Source: an archaeon
GTDB taxonomy: Archaea > Nanobdellota > Nanobdellia > Woesearchaeales > GW2011-AR9
NCBI GenBank assembly: GCA_023265925.1
Contig: JAHFSD010000002.1
Span: forward strand, 2,569 to 66,568
Reading direction: 5' to 3'
Length of the DNA stretch: 64,000 bases
Position 1 is the stretch's first letter, and the number at the start of each line of letters is the position of its first letter. Below, piece after piece: positions 1 through 10,226 of this stretch. Both the position numbers and the translations under genes were made by a program. The notes below the pieces were generated by a model, which was not told where the DNA came from, did no database searches, and was given only the letters and a program-made list of their open reading frames with translations.

Positions 1-1
1 T

Positions 2-700
2 GAACAGGTTATTCATCAGATCGTGCTGCAGAACCAGGAACTACCCATGTTTATTTTAAGGCAAATTGAAATCGCCAGGATGTCTTTTATTGTTATCGGC
101 GCTATACTGCTGTTATTTAACAAAAAAATAAATTTTTATAGGGAAAAAATAAAGGGATTAATCCAGGATCGTCCTGAACGTCTGTCATTGATATTACAAA
201 AGGCAGATTTGAACGGCACTAAATACCTTGTAGTTACCAGCGCTATTTTATTGTTATTAACGGTGCACTATCCCTTTGGAATCGCCCAGCAATTTCAGTC
301 AGTGTTCCAAGGAAAGGCATTTTTGTCCGGGCTGGAACCGGTAAGTCTCGCTGATGCGTATCCAGAACTACAAAAGCATTTAAATGCCAACACTGCGGTT
401 CTGACCAGAGAGTACACTTGGGTTATGGCTTTTACCGAGGTTAAGCTTGATAATGTCTATCAGATCTGGAGTTTGCCCCCGTTCCCTGATCTTTCCGGAG
501 AAACTGAAAAAAAGCTGCGTGGTTTGGATGCCATTTTCGTAAGCTTCTGGCTGGAGAGCGCTCGGCCCAACCCCGGAACACAAACGTATCCCCGTTACAT
601 CTTCCATCTAAAACCATTCTTGGAAAAAGCACGTCGGGAAGGCTGGAAGGAAGAAAAAATCAGGGGTTATGGAACTATTTACCTTAAGGAAGAAACATGA
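2..700 (+). CDS. C-terminal part of a membrane protein, 5'-truncated by the window edge; possibly glycosylation-related
   Basis: Frame is open from position 2; two hydrophobic segments then a soluble tail; lies in the glycan locus. Confidence 0.55.
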   Translation, partial: EQVIHQIVLQNQELPMFILRQIEIARMSFIVIGAILLLFNKKINFYREKIKGLIQDRPERLSLILQKADLNGTKYLVVTSAILLLLTVHYPFGIAQQFQSVFQGKAFLSGLEPVSLADAYPELQKHLNANTAVLTREYTWVMAFTEVKLDNVYQIWSLPPFPDLSGETEKKLRGLDAIFVSFWLESARPNPGTQTYPRYIFHLKPFLEKARREGWKEEKIRGYGTIYLKEET

Positions 701-767
701 TTTTGAGAAGAAACATTTAAATATAATTCACCATTTTAATGGAAATAATGAGGAGGATATCGTGTTT

Positions 768-2846
768 ATGAACAAGAAAATTTTCCTGGCTGATCTGACT
801 CATACTGGTAGGGGGATACATGCCTCAACGTTCCCTTTAGGGTTGTCCTATGTGGCCAGTTATGCTAAGAAAGAACTGGGAGATCAGTACGATATTAAAG
901 TTTTCAAATTTCCAGATCATTTGGTTAAAGCAATCATTGATGAATCTCCTGATTTTCTCTGTTTTACTAATTATTGCTGGAATTTGGAATTGAGTTATAA
1001 AATGAGTTCACTGGCCAAGCAGAGAAACCCCAACTTGATTGTCGTTTCCGGGGGACCTAATTTTCCAGTGTTACCTTTAGAAAGACTCCAATTCATGAAA
1101 CAGCGGTCGGGAATCGATTTCTATATCCAGAATGAAGGCGAAATTGGCTTTGTGGAGCTGGTCAGAAAGCTGGGGGAATATAATTTTGATATAGTTGCTT
1201 TAAAACGCAAACGGGAACCAATCATTAATAGCATCTATTTATGTGGTGAAGAACTGGTGGAGGGGCCATTTCAAAGAATCCTTGATCTGAACCTTATCCC
1301 TTCTCCGTATTTAAGCGGAATCATGGACCCTTTTTTTGATATGCCTTTGACACCAATGATTGAAACGACCAGGGGATGCCCATTTACCTGTGCTTTTTGC
1401 GCTGATGGAATAATCTTTAAAAGCAGAGTGATCAGATTTAATCGTGAACGAGCGCTGGACGAGTTGAACTATATTGTAGCGAGAGTGAGAAATATGGATG
1501 AATTGATTATCACTGACCTTAATTTTGGCATGTACAAGGAGGATGTACCCATTGCAGAATATATTGCTGAGATTAAAAGAACGCATAACTGGCCGATTGT
1601 CATCGGTGCATCAACCGGTAAAAATAATAAAGAGCAGGTACTCAAAGTGATCACTATTTTAGGTGGTTCATTAGTGACCGGAGCAGCTATCCAGTCCGCT
1701 GATCCGGAAGTGCTGAAAAACATCAAACGGAACAATATTTCACTCGAAGTTTACCGTGGATTCCTCGAGTTCAGTAACTCTTTCACTAAAGATGCGGTGG
1801 CTTTCACGGAAATTATTCTGGCCTTGCCCGGGGATACCAAAGAGAAACATTTTTATTCCCTGCGCTACGGTATCGACAATGGGGCAAAAATAGTGCGGAT
1901 GTATCAGGCAATGTTATTGTCGGGAACGGAGATGGCTTCCGAGGGCATGCGCCGTGAATTCCAGTACCTGACTAAATTCCGGGTCATTCCTGGGGGAGTG
2001 GGGATTTACCAGTTTGGAGACCAGTGGTACCCCATCGCGGAAGTCGAAGAGATTATTGTCGGCAGCAAAGACCTGCCTTTTGAGGATTATGTATCCTGCC
2101 GGGTGATGAATCTCATTATTGAAACTTATTTCAACAATGCTTTGTTCAGTGAAGTTTTCTCGGCACTTAAAACTCTCCAGGTTTCTGCGTTTGATTGTTT
2201 ACTGTATATCTTTGAGCACCCCGAGTTGTACACACCAACGATGAAGAAAATCTTTAATCGCTTTATCGATGCTACCAGCAAAGACTTGTATAATTCGTAC
2301 GAGGAGGCGATGGCGCATCTCTCCCGGCCGGAAGTGATTGAAAAATATGTCTCGGGAGAACTGGGAATTAATGAATTGCTGGTTCACCGGGCGGAACTGT
2401 ATCAGGAACTGGAAGAAATCTCCACGGTACTGCTGCAGGCGGTGACTGGGTTATTGCAACAACGGGGCTTCTGGAATGACCGAGCTCAATCTTATTTTGA
2501 TCAACTGATTCAATTCATCCTCTGCCGAAAAAAGGCAATTTATCAATACGAGCAGGTCAGCGAGCAGAAATTTAATTATGACTTTAAAGCTCTCGAAGAA
2601 CTGAACTTTGAAATTGATCCCCGCCATCAGGAACTAAGCCCCTGGCCGTTTCGCTTTAAATTTTTCCATGATGAGGGCCAAAAAAGCCATATTCAAAATG
2701 CTCTTCGCCTTTACATTAACACTCCCAGTGGCATTGGGCGATTGCTGCAACGGAGTAACCTTAAAAAGATGTACCGTAATTTTGACTATTGTGCCATAAT
2801 TCAGGAAGCGCCTAAAATGTTACAATCATTAGCTCTGGAAATATAG
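768..2846 (+). CDS. Cobalamin-binding radical SAM protein
   Basis: N-terminal B12-binding domain (PLGLSYVASY...GGPNF) and TRGCPFTCAFC motif; GAGGAGG before ATG 768. Confidence 0.9.
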   Translation: MNKKIFLADLTHTGRGIHASTFPLGLSYVASYAKKELGDQYDIKVFKFPDHLVKAIIDESPDFLCFTNYCWNLELSYKMSSLAKQRNPNLIVVSGGPNFPVLPLERLQFMKQRSGIDFYIQNEGEIGFVELVRKLGEYNFDIVALKRKREPIINSIYLCGEELVEGPFQRILDLNLIPSPYLSGIMDPFFDMPLTPMIETTRGCPFTCAFCADGIIFKSRVIRFNRERALDELNYIVARVRNMDELIITDLNFGMYKEDVPIAEYIAEIKRTHNWPIVIGASTGKNNKEQVLKVITILGGSLVTGAAIQSADPEVLKNIKRNNISLEVYRGFLEFSNSFTKDAVAFTEIILALPGDTKEKHFYSLRYGIDNGAKIVRMYQAMLLSGTEMASEGMRREFQYLTKFRVIPGGVGIYQFGDQWYPIAEVEEIIVGSKDLPFEDYVSCRVMNLIIETYFNNALFSEVFSALKTLQVSAFDCLLYIFEHPELYTPTMKKIFNRFIDATSKDLYNSYEEAMAHLSRPEVIEKYVSGELGINELLVHRAELYQELEEISTVLLQAVTGLLQQRGFWNDRAQSYFDQLIQFILCRKKAIYQYEQVSEQKFNYDFKALEELNFEIDPRHQELSPWPFRFKFFHDEGQKSHIQNALRLYINTPSGIGRLLQRSNLKKMYRNFDYCAIIQEAPKMLQSLALEI

Positions 2847-2936
2847 AGAACTGTGCAACTTTGATTACATTTGTGCGCAGTTTTAATCTGGTAAACAGCG
2901 TGTCGAAGTGTGCTATAAGCTACGTAGTTTACCATA
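2842..2936. mobile_element. MITE-like double-hairpin element, family A, copy 1
   Basis: 95 bp, TA-flanked, near-identical to 45327-45517 without its insert; supplies the TAG stop of the radical SAM gene. Confidence 0.8.
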
Positions 2937-2961
2937 ACGTAAACTTGTCAGGAGAAATCTG

Positions 2962-3213
2962 ATGGTCAGGAAAGCATTTGTTGATAAAGATATCTGTATT
3001 GGCTGTACTGTCTGTAGTTCTCTCTGCCCGGATGTTTTTACCGTGAAGGAGGATCCCCATTACCAGTATGGGTTTAAGAGCTTCACCAACGATTCTGTCG
3101 ACCAACAGCCCATCGAGAAGCAGGTTCAGGAGGCTATCGACACCTGTCCGGTGCAGTGTATCAGTTGGCGGGAAAAGAAAGAGGTTCAAGAGTCTGCCCT
3201 GGTCGAGCCTTAG
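2962..3213 (+). CDS. Monocluster [4Fe-4S] ferredoxin
   Basis: CIGCTVCSSLCP and distal CPVQCI. Confidence 0.9.
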   Translation: MVRKAFVDKDICIGCTVCSSLCPDVFTVKEDPHYQYGFKSFTNDSVDQQPIEKQVQEAIDTCPVQCISWREKKEVQESALVEP

Positions 3214-4163
3214 CTGGTAGAACTGCTTCGTGGAGAGGTGGCATCCAACCCTTCTTTCACGACCTGAATAATCTTTGCGGTGGTTATTCCATATCGTTCC
3301 ATCATGCTAGCCTGGCTTCCATACCCTTCCATAAACTGGTTGGGCAAGCCGATACGCTGGAACCATTTCGGCCGTTGGTAGTGCTGCTCGGCTAAAAACT
3401 CGGCGATGGCACTCCCTAATCCGCCGATGATTGAATGTTCTTCAATGGTTACGATTACCGGAATGCGGGAAAGATGCTGCTGCAATGCTGGTATGTCTAA
3501 CGGCTTGATCGTGTGCAGATGCAGCACCGTTGCCCGAATCCCCTCCCGCTCCAGCTCAACCGCTGCCTCCAGCGCATTTTTGAGGGTGATTCCCGTGGTG
3601 ACGATCAGCGCATCCTTTCCCTCGCGCAGGCAAATTGCTTTCCCGATCGCAAATGGAAGGTCTGGACGGGAGACGATGGGATCCCCCCCCTTGGCTACCC
3701 GGATATAAATTGGTCCGGGATGATCCACAGTCAAGGGCATAAACCTTCTCATTTCTTCCGCATCGGCTGGACAAACAATAGTCAGATTAGGTATCACTCG
3801 CAAAATAGCGATATCATCGATAGCTTGGTGGGTTGGCCCTAAATTGGCATAGACGACCCCGCCGCCATTGGCAATCAGCCTGACCTTGGCTTTATGCAAA
3901 CCCAAATCGATCACGATCTGCTCAAAACAGCGCCGGGTTAGAAACGTGGCAATGGTATTAACGTAAGGAATTTTTCCCTCTAATGCTAACCCTGCTGCCA
4001 TCCCAATAATATTTGCCTCGTAAATTCCTTCCATAAAAAAGCGTTCGGGCATCTCCTCTTTAAACTGCTTTAGAACACCAAATCCTAAATCCGAGCCAAT
4101 GAAAAAAACTTTATCATTCTTCTTCGCCAGTTCATACACCATATCTAACACTACTTTTCTCAT
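3210..4163 (-). CDS. Transketolase-like TPP enzyme, C-terminal (pyrimidine-binding) subunit
   Basis: FFMEGIYEAN, GPTHQAIDD, TIEEHSIIGGLGS. Confidence 0.9.
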   Translation of the reverse strand: MRKVVLDMVYELAKKNDKVFFIGSDLGFGVLKQFKEEMPERFFMEGIYEANIIGMAAGLALEGKIPYVNTIATFLTRRCFEQIVIDLGLHKAKVRLIANGGGVVYANLGPTHQAIDDIAILRVIPNLTIVCPADAEEMRRFMPLTVDHPGPIYIRVAKGGDPIVSRPDLPFAIGKAICLREGKDALIVTTGITLKNALEAAVELEREGIRATVLHLHTIKPLDIPALQQHLSRIPVIVTIEEHSIIGGLGSAIAEFLAEQHYQRPKWFQRIGLPNQFMEGYGSQASMMERYGITTAKIIQVVKEGLDATSPRSSSTS

Positions 4164-6061
4164 GCTGACCTCAATCCGGCATATAATGCTTTAAATTCAT
4201 CAGCGGTAATGGCGCTCTTATGATGCCAGGCAAAATTTCTCTCGAGGAAAGGAAGACCCTTGCCCTTAACAGTATGACAAATGATTGCGCTCGGTTTGGC
4301 TTGTTCGACTGGCAAGTGGGAGAAGACATCGTCAAGCTGATCAATATCATGCCCATCAACTTCCCGAACACCAAACCCAAAACTTCTCCATTTATCAGCC
4401 AATGGTTCTAAATCCTGTACTTCAAACGTGGAATTACAGGACTGCTGTTTGTTATAATCAATGATGACGGTGAGATTGCTGAGTTTATGCTTCCCGGCAC
4501 ATAAAGCTGCTTCCCAGATAGAACCCTCATTAGACTCTCCATCACCGATCACCACAAACGTACGAGAACTGGTTTTCTCATATTTGGCATTAATGGCAAA
4601 GCCCACTCCTATCGGCAGACCATGACCCAAACTTCCCGTTGATACCTCCACGCCAGGAATAAGGTGTTCGGGATGTCCTCCGAGGATGCCATCACTCTTA
4701 CAAAACTTCCACAATTCAGCTTCAGGGAAGAAACCTTTCTCAGCGAGGATAACATACAAAGCGAGACAGCCATGTCCTTTACTCAGAATAAACCGATCCC
4801 GATAAGGCCAGCGGTGATTTTGATGATCATAGTGTAGAATCTTGTCGTATAGTACTCTCAACACTTCCATGATCGAGAAGGCTGAAGGGAGGTGCCCACG
4901 CTGGGTCGATTTTTGTACCATTTCCACCACTTTCTCTCGTAGTTGTATTGATCGCTCATCCAATTTCACTCTACTCACGGGCGTGGTATAGAAATAAGGA
5001 AAACTCTCATATTCCCGCAAAATTTTAGCCAGCAGGGCTTCGGCTTTAATTAACTGTTGCTGCTGGCGCTGTTCTCTTTCTATTCTTTCCTGATCGGCAA
5101 ACTCCCTTCGCTGCAAATATTCCGGCACAAACTCATTGAGTAAGATCGTGCACCACTTTAACCCAAACAAAGGATAGACCAATTCTACTCGTCCCAGCAA
5201 ATTCGGATGCCCGGTAAACACTTCCGGCATAGTGAGCACAAATTCCCGTTGTAAATCATGAGATAACGACATTCCTGGATGCAACAGGAAGTCAGCGACA
5301 GTCTTCGCTGGATCATCCCAGCCAAAATATTCAAAATCTATAAATACTATCTGGCCGTCATCTAAGCGCAGGGCATTATGAAAGCCAAAATCAGAAGGAC
5401 TTAGTATTCGTTCTTCCGGGCTAAGGTCGGCATAAAAAGAAAAACCGTGCCGGTTTAAAGTATACTTACACCACTTGACAATTTTTTCAAAGGCCGGCCT
5501 GAACTGCTGCTGTAAGAAATCATGCAGTTTATGTTCTATCACTGTTTGTTGCGGAACGGCCTTAAGGCGCTGTAACCGCTGTTCTATTGAGGCCACCATG
5601 GCCTGCAGCGAAAAACAGGCTTCCGATGCCGGAGAGAAAAGAGTGCTTCCTGGTCGTGCTTTAAGTTGATTTATGTTCGCCAGAAACTGACCAGCCACCG
5701 TAATATCATCACTGGTAACTTCTTCGGAAGAAATTTTTTTTCCGGGTATAAACTCATAAATTCCCCAGCCTTGCTCCAGGTTCATGGCGATGGGCTTAGG
5801 GACGCAGGTCAGGTTATGCTGCCAGAGAAATTGCAGAGTGTTAAACTCGACTCCGAGCCGGTTTCGGTGATCAAAATTATCACGAAAATAGTGCTTGGCG
5901 ACATAATTCGTTCCATCGGCACACGGAACTTTATACACCCGACTATTCCTTCCCCCCCCTATTTTGTGGAGAGAGAGAGCATTTTTTCCTACTAAGTCTG
6001 AGATGATCGGGAGAAGTATGTCGCCGGTTTTTTCACTATTAGTGGGGGAAGAAGTCGTCAT
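4160..6061 (-). CDS. Fusion of an APH/choline-kinase-like phosphotransferase and a transketolase N-terminal (TPP-binding) subunit
   Basis: GGGRNSRVY, SPSDFGFHN, FIDFEYFGWDD in the N-half; DRFILSKGH, STGSLGHG, GDGESNEG in the C-half; no stop between them. Confidence 0.88.
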   Translation of the reverse strand: MTTSSPTNSEKTGDILLPIISDLVGKNALSLHKIGGGRNSRVYKVPCADGTNYVAKHYFRDNFDHRNRLGVEFNTLQFLWQHNLTCVPKPIAMNLEQGWGIYEFIPGKKISSEEVTSDDITVAGQFLANINQLKARPGSTLFSPASEACFSLQAMVASIEQRLQRLKAVPQQTVIEHKLHDFLQQQFRPAFEKIVKWCKYTLNRHGFSFYADLSPEERILSPSDFGFHNALRLDDGQIVFIDFEYFGWDDPAKTVADFLLHPGMSLSHDLQREFVLTMPEVFTGHPNLLGRVELVYPLFGLKWCTILLNEFVPEYLQRREFADQERIEREQRQQQQLIKAEALLAKILREYESFPYFYTTPVSRVKLDERSIQLREKVVEMVQKSTQRGHLPSAFSIMEVLRVLYDKILHYDHQNHRWPYRDRFILSKGHGCLALYVILAEKGFFPEAELWKFCKSDGILGGHPEHLIPGVEVSTGSLGHGLPIGVGFAINAKYEKTSSRTFVVIGDGESNEGSIWEAALCAGKHKLSNLTVIIDYNKQQSCNSTFEVQDLEPLADKWRSFGFGVREVDGHDIDQLDDVFSHLPVEQAKPSAIICHTVKGKGLPFLERNFAWHHKSAITADEFKALYAGLRSA

Positions 6062-6698
6062 GTAAAATCCTCCAATGGTGAAATAAAAAGATCTTCTCAA
6101 TGGATGCTTGCCGGGCCTGAGGATCATATAACCACTTCCGCACGCCTGCGGGAAAATCAGCATTTACAAAGACCTCGATCAAATCATCAATAAAATCAGT
6201 GCAACCTAATTGAATAAGGCGCTTTACTTTTTCCTCTTGCGTCGACTCAAAATAGACCTGCTCGGGAGCCAGGCCTAAAGTAGGGTCATCAAAAAAGTGC
6301 TGCTCCCGCATCCACGACCATGCCGCTTCCCGCAAATTGACTCCTCCTCCGGATAAGTTAGAGTACATCGTCTTGTGGCTGATAATATAGACTGGAACAT
6401 GGTGCTGCTTACAGGCCGTCAAAAAATCCCGCACTCCTTGGTGTAAAGTAGCCCCCGCAATGGCGTTACCATACGCTTCCACCTGGATTTCCTGCCATTG
6501 TAACTCTCCGCCCGGAAGTTTTCGAATCGTATCCCGGACAGTTCGTTTGTTTTTTGGCACTGCCGAAGAGATCAGGCCTTTTTGTAATGCCAGAGAATGT
6601 ATCACGGGTTCATAACTAATAATCGTATTATCAAAATCAATGCCAATGATCAGTGGTCTTACCGGCTGGGGAGCGGGGGATATTAAGGGATCCATCAT
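6039..6698 (-). CDS. HAD-superfamily hydrolase
   Basis: IGIDFDNT motif I, ISHK, FIDDL. Confidence 0.8.
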   Translation of the reverse strand: MMDPLISPAPQPVRPLIIGIDFDNTIISYEPVIHSLALQKGLISSAVPKNKRTVRDTIRKLPGGELQWQEIQVEAYGNAIAGATLHQGVRDFLTACKQHHVPVYIISHKTMYSNLSGGGVNLREAAWSWMREQHFFDDPTLGLAPEQVYFESTQEEKVKRLIQLGCTDFIDDLIEVFVNADFPAGVRKWLYDPQARQASIEKIFLFHHWRILHDDFFPH

Positions 6699-6793
6699 TG
6701 TAGGAAAATAGATAATATTTATACTTAAAGATGGTCGAGTTTGCTTTATAAACATTATTGAACTCTGGCTCCTCCAACTGTCTCTTAAAATTA

Positions 6794-7909
6794 TTAGGCC
6801 CAGGCCTCAAAGAACTTCTTAACCTGTTTTATAACCAAGTCTACTTCTTCATCAGTCAACTCCGGATAGATCGGAAGACTTAAGATTCTCTTGCCTTGTC
6901 TTTCACATACGGGAAAATCTCCTTCTTTGTATCCCCAGCTTTGAGCAGCTGGTTGCAGGTGTATTGGAATGGGATAATGTATTTTGGTTTCAATACCCTG
7001 CTCGAGGAGGTAGTTCTGTAATTCGTCTCTGGCAGCACACTCGATTATGAACGTATGATATACCGGCAGCTCATACGGTTGATCCCGGGGGACTTTTACT
7101 AGGCCAGCAAGACTTTCCGTATATTTCAAGGCGATGTTTCTTATTCTCTCATTCCACTGGTCTAAATATTTTAGTTTTATGTTCACTACAGCCGCTTGGA
7201 TACAATCTAATCTGGAGTTGTATCCCCACAATTCACTTTCGTTTCGATTTCGTAATCCGTGGTTCCGCAGTTTGATGATTTTTTCGTATACTTCTCTATT
7301 GTTGGTGGTAATCGCCCCCCCATCTCCGGCTGCGTTGAGATTTTTAAGGGGATGAAAGCTGAAGCAACCGGCGATTCCGAAGGACCCCACCATTTTCCCA
7401 TAATATTTTGCTCCCACTGCTTGTGCTACATCTTCTATCACAGGTATTTTATGTTTATCGGCAATCTCTAAAATCCTGTTCATCTCCGCTGGCCTTCCCG
7501 TCAAATGGATTGGAATGATGGCTTTAGTTCTAGATGTAATCGCTGCTTCGATCAGGTCCGGGTCGATATTGAAATCTTCTTTCACATCTATGAATACTGG
7601 AGTGGCCCCCACCGCGACGATGGCTCCGACTGTTGCCAGGAAAGAATTGGGAGCGGTGATCACTTCATCACCGGAGCCGATATTCAGGCTCTTAAGGCAG
7701 AGAATGATGGCATCGGTTCCATTGGCTACACCCAGAGCATAGCCAGTGCCGCAGTACGTCGTGAAGTTTTTTTCAAATTCTTGAAGCGTTTTTCCTAAGA
7801 TGAATTCTCCCGATTCAAAAAGAGGGATAATGCTCTTCAGGATTTTTTCACGAAGCGGTTTGAACTGCCGGTGAAAATTAGTGTATTTAATTGTGTTCAC
7901 GGTTATCAC
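6794..7909 (-). CDS. DegT/DnrJ/EryC1/StrS sugar aminotransferase
   Basis: VANGTDA, EDVAQAVGA, SFHPLKNL (PLP Lys), GYNSRLD. Confidence 0.93.
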   Translation of the reverse strand: MITVNTIKYTNFHRQFKPLREKILKSIIPLFESGEFILGKTLQEFEKNFTTYCGTGYALGVANGTDAIILCLKSLNIGSGDEVITAPNSFLATVGAIVAVGATPVFIDVKEDFNIDPDLIEAAITSRTKAIIPIHLTGRPAEMNRILEIADKHKIPVIEDVAQAVGAKYYGKMVGSFGIAGCFSFHPLKNLNAAGDGGAITTNNREVYEKIIKLRNHGLRNRNESELWGYNSRLDCIQAAVVNIKLKYLDQWNERIRNIALKYTESLAGLVKVPRDQPYELPVYHTFIIECAARDELQNYLLEQGIETKIHYPIPIHLQPAAQSWGYKEGDFPVCERQGKRILSLPIYPELTDEEVDLVIKQVKKFFEAWA

Positions 7910-7933
7910 CGAAGGGTTTTCTGGGAAATCATT

Positions 7934-9043
7934 TCAGGGCAAAATGTAATGGTAAAATGTGGTAATAGTTTCAATAACATATTCTATTTGTTCCGGCGTA
8001 AGGTGCTGGTGCACTGGAAGCGAAATTATTTTTCTGGCTTGCTCTTCGGCAACCATAAAATCACCCGTCTGATAGCCCAAGTACTGGCTGGCCTGTTGAA
8101 GATGTTGTGGTAGGGGGTAATGTATTTTACAGTCAATCTCCCGCTCTCGAAGATAACGGTATAATTCGTCCCGGCGTTCGGCCATAATCACATAATTGTG
8201 ATACACGTGTTTTACGCCTGGCGTTCGTGGAGGGATGGTTATTTCTGATATCTTTGCGAGCGCTTGATCATAGCGGTTGGCGTGGTGGATTTTGCGGTTA
8301 ATAATCCAATCTACCTCTTTCATCAGGTGCAGCCCGACAATCGCCTGGAGGGGATCCAGTCTGCTGTTATAAGCATAAAACAGGCATTCATCCCGATTTT
8401 TCAGCCCGTGATTTCGCAATAGGAGAAGTTTGTCTCGCAGCTGTTCCGAATTGGTTGTAATCACTCCTCCATCCCCCCAGACATTTATTGGTTTTAGAGG
8501 ATGAAGACTGAAACAACCGGCATCGCCGAATGATCCGGTTCTTTTTCCATTGATTTCGGCACCAATCGCCATACAGGCGTCTTCTATTACTGTGAGGTTA
8601 TGTTTTCTCGCCAATTGGCTTATTTTTTCCATCTCTGCGGGACAGCCATGCCAATGCACTGGTAAGATCGCTTTCGTTTTGGGAGTTATGGTTTTCTCTA
8701 TTAAGTCTGGGTCGAGAGTATAATCTTCTTTGACATCGACATACACGGGGCGCGCTCCCACGGTTACAATGGCACCGATCGTAGCAAAGAAAGTGCTGGG
8801 AGTGGTAATCACTTCATCACCAACCCCAATACCAAAAGCGATGAGTGATAATCGTAAGGCATCAGTTCCCGAAGCAACGCCGATAGCAAATTTGGTGTGG
8901 CAGAGTGTGGCAAAGTTCTGTTCAAATTCTTCAAGATGTTTGCCTAAAGTAAATTCTCCGGAACGGATCAGGCTTTTGATATCGTTCAAAATAGGATCAG
9001 GGTCAGTAAATTGTTCTGACAGGTAAGAGTAACTTACTTTCAT
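7934..9043 (-). CDS. DegT/DnrJ/EryC1/StrS sugar aminotransferase (paralog)
   Basis: VASGTDA, EDACMAIGA, SLHPLKPI, YNSRLD. Confidence 0.93.
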   Translation of the reverse strand: MKVSYSYLSEQFTDPDPILNDIKSLIRSGEFTLGKHLEEFEQNFATLCHTKFAIGVASGTDALRLSLIAFGIGVGDEVITTPSTFFATIGAIVTVGARPVYVDVKEDYTLDPDLIEKTITPKTKAILPVHWHGCPAEMEKISQLARKHNLTVIEDACMAIGAEINGKRTGSFGDAGCFSLHPLKPINVWGDGGVITTNSEQLRDKLLLLRNHGLKNRDECLFYAYNSRLDPLQAIVGLHLMKEVDWIINRKIHHANRYDQALAKISEITIPPRTPGVKHVYHNYVIMAERRDELYRYLREREIDCKIHYPLPQHLQQASQYLGYQTGDFMVAEEQARKIISLPVHQHLTPEQIEYVIETITTFYHYILP

Positions 9044-9182
9044 GATGATTTCTCTTGTTGCTTTTTTATTACTCCTGATTATTGCGTTCTATGAAGGAAC
9101 CATATTAAAGAAGCATATTTTCTTACTTTAATAAAGTTTAAATAGGCTGGTGGAACCGAATGGAGCAAGGTTTAAATACTTA

Positions 9183-10226
9183 ATGAAAAAGGCTATCATC
9201 ACCGGCGGAGCAGGATTTATCGGATCGCATTTGGTAGAATTATTGCTCCAGGAAGGCTTTACCGTGATTGTTCTGGATAATATGTCCAACGGGCAGTTAG
9301 ATAATGTAGAGTTGTTTAAAGATAATCCACGATATCACTTCTATCAGGTTAATTTGGCAGAAGAATTCGATGACTCTGTTTTTAAGGATATAGATTATGT
9401 CTTCCACCTCGCTGCTTTAGCCGATATTGTCCCTTCCATTGACGAGCCGTTCAAGTATCATCAAGCCAACGTCACGGCCACGATTCGCGTTCTGGAAGCC
9501 TGCCGGAAATATGGCGTAAAAAAGTTAGTATATAGTGCCTCTAATTCCTGCTACGGAATTCCTGACTCCTATCCCACTCCGGAGACGGCGGAAATCAAGC
9601 CGGAATATCCTTATGCCTTTATGAAAGCCATTGCCGAGCAGTATGTGCTGTTCTGGGGCAAAGTGTACAACATTCCCGTAATCTCCCTGCGCTATTTTAA
9701 TGTCTTTGGAACGAGAGCAAGAACGAATAATACCTATGGAGCCGTGTTTAAAGTCTTCCTGACCCAGAAACTGCATGACCAGCCGTTAACGATTGTCGGT
9801 GATGGCAGGCAAACTCGTGATTTTACGTACGTCACGGATATTGCTCGGGCCAATTTACTGGCGGCCGAATCAGAGATACAGGGAGAAATTATCAACATCG
9901 CGACGGGGAAACCACAGTCAGTTAATTATCTCGCCCAGTTAATTGGCGGTTCCACCGTGAGTATTCCCCGGCGTCCTGGAGAGCCTGATTCGACGCATGC
10001 GGATATTTCCAAAGCCAAAGCGCTTTTAGGATGGGAACCAGAAGTTTCCTTTGAAGAAGGCGTAAAAATCATGCTGGAAAATATTGACTATTGGCGAACG
10101 GCGCCATTATGGAATTCTGAATCTATCGGGAAAGCGACGGAAAACTGGTTTCGATATCTTGCTAAAGAAAATCCTACCAAGGGAAATACTGCCAGAGAAA
10201 ATACTGCCGGAGGAAACGATGAGTAA
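9183..10226 (+). CDS. NAD-dependent NDP-sugar epimerase/dehydratase
   Basis: TGGAGFIG, YAFMK (YxxxK), RYFNVFG, RDFTYV. Confidence 0.92.
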   Translation: MKKAIITGGAGFIGSHLVELLLQEGFTVIVLDNMSNGQLDNVELFKDNPRYHFYQVNLAEEFDDSVFKDIDYVFHLAALADIVPSIDEPFKYHQANVTATIRVLEACRKYGVKKLVYSASNSCYGIPDSYPTPETAEIKPEYPYAFMKAIAEQYVLFWGKVYNIPVISLRYFNVFGTRARTNNTYGAVFKVFLTQKLHDQPLTIVGDGRQTRDFTYVTDIARANLLAAESEIQGEIINIATGKPQSVNYLAQLIGGSTVSIPRRPGEPDSTHADISKAKALLGWEPEVSFEEGVKIMLENIDYWRTAPLWNSESIGKATENWFRYLAKENPTKGNTARENTAGGNDE

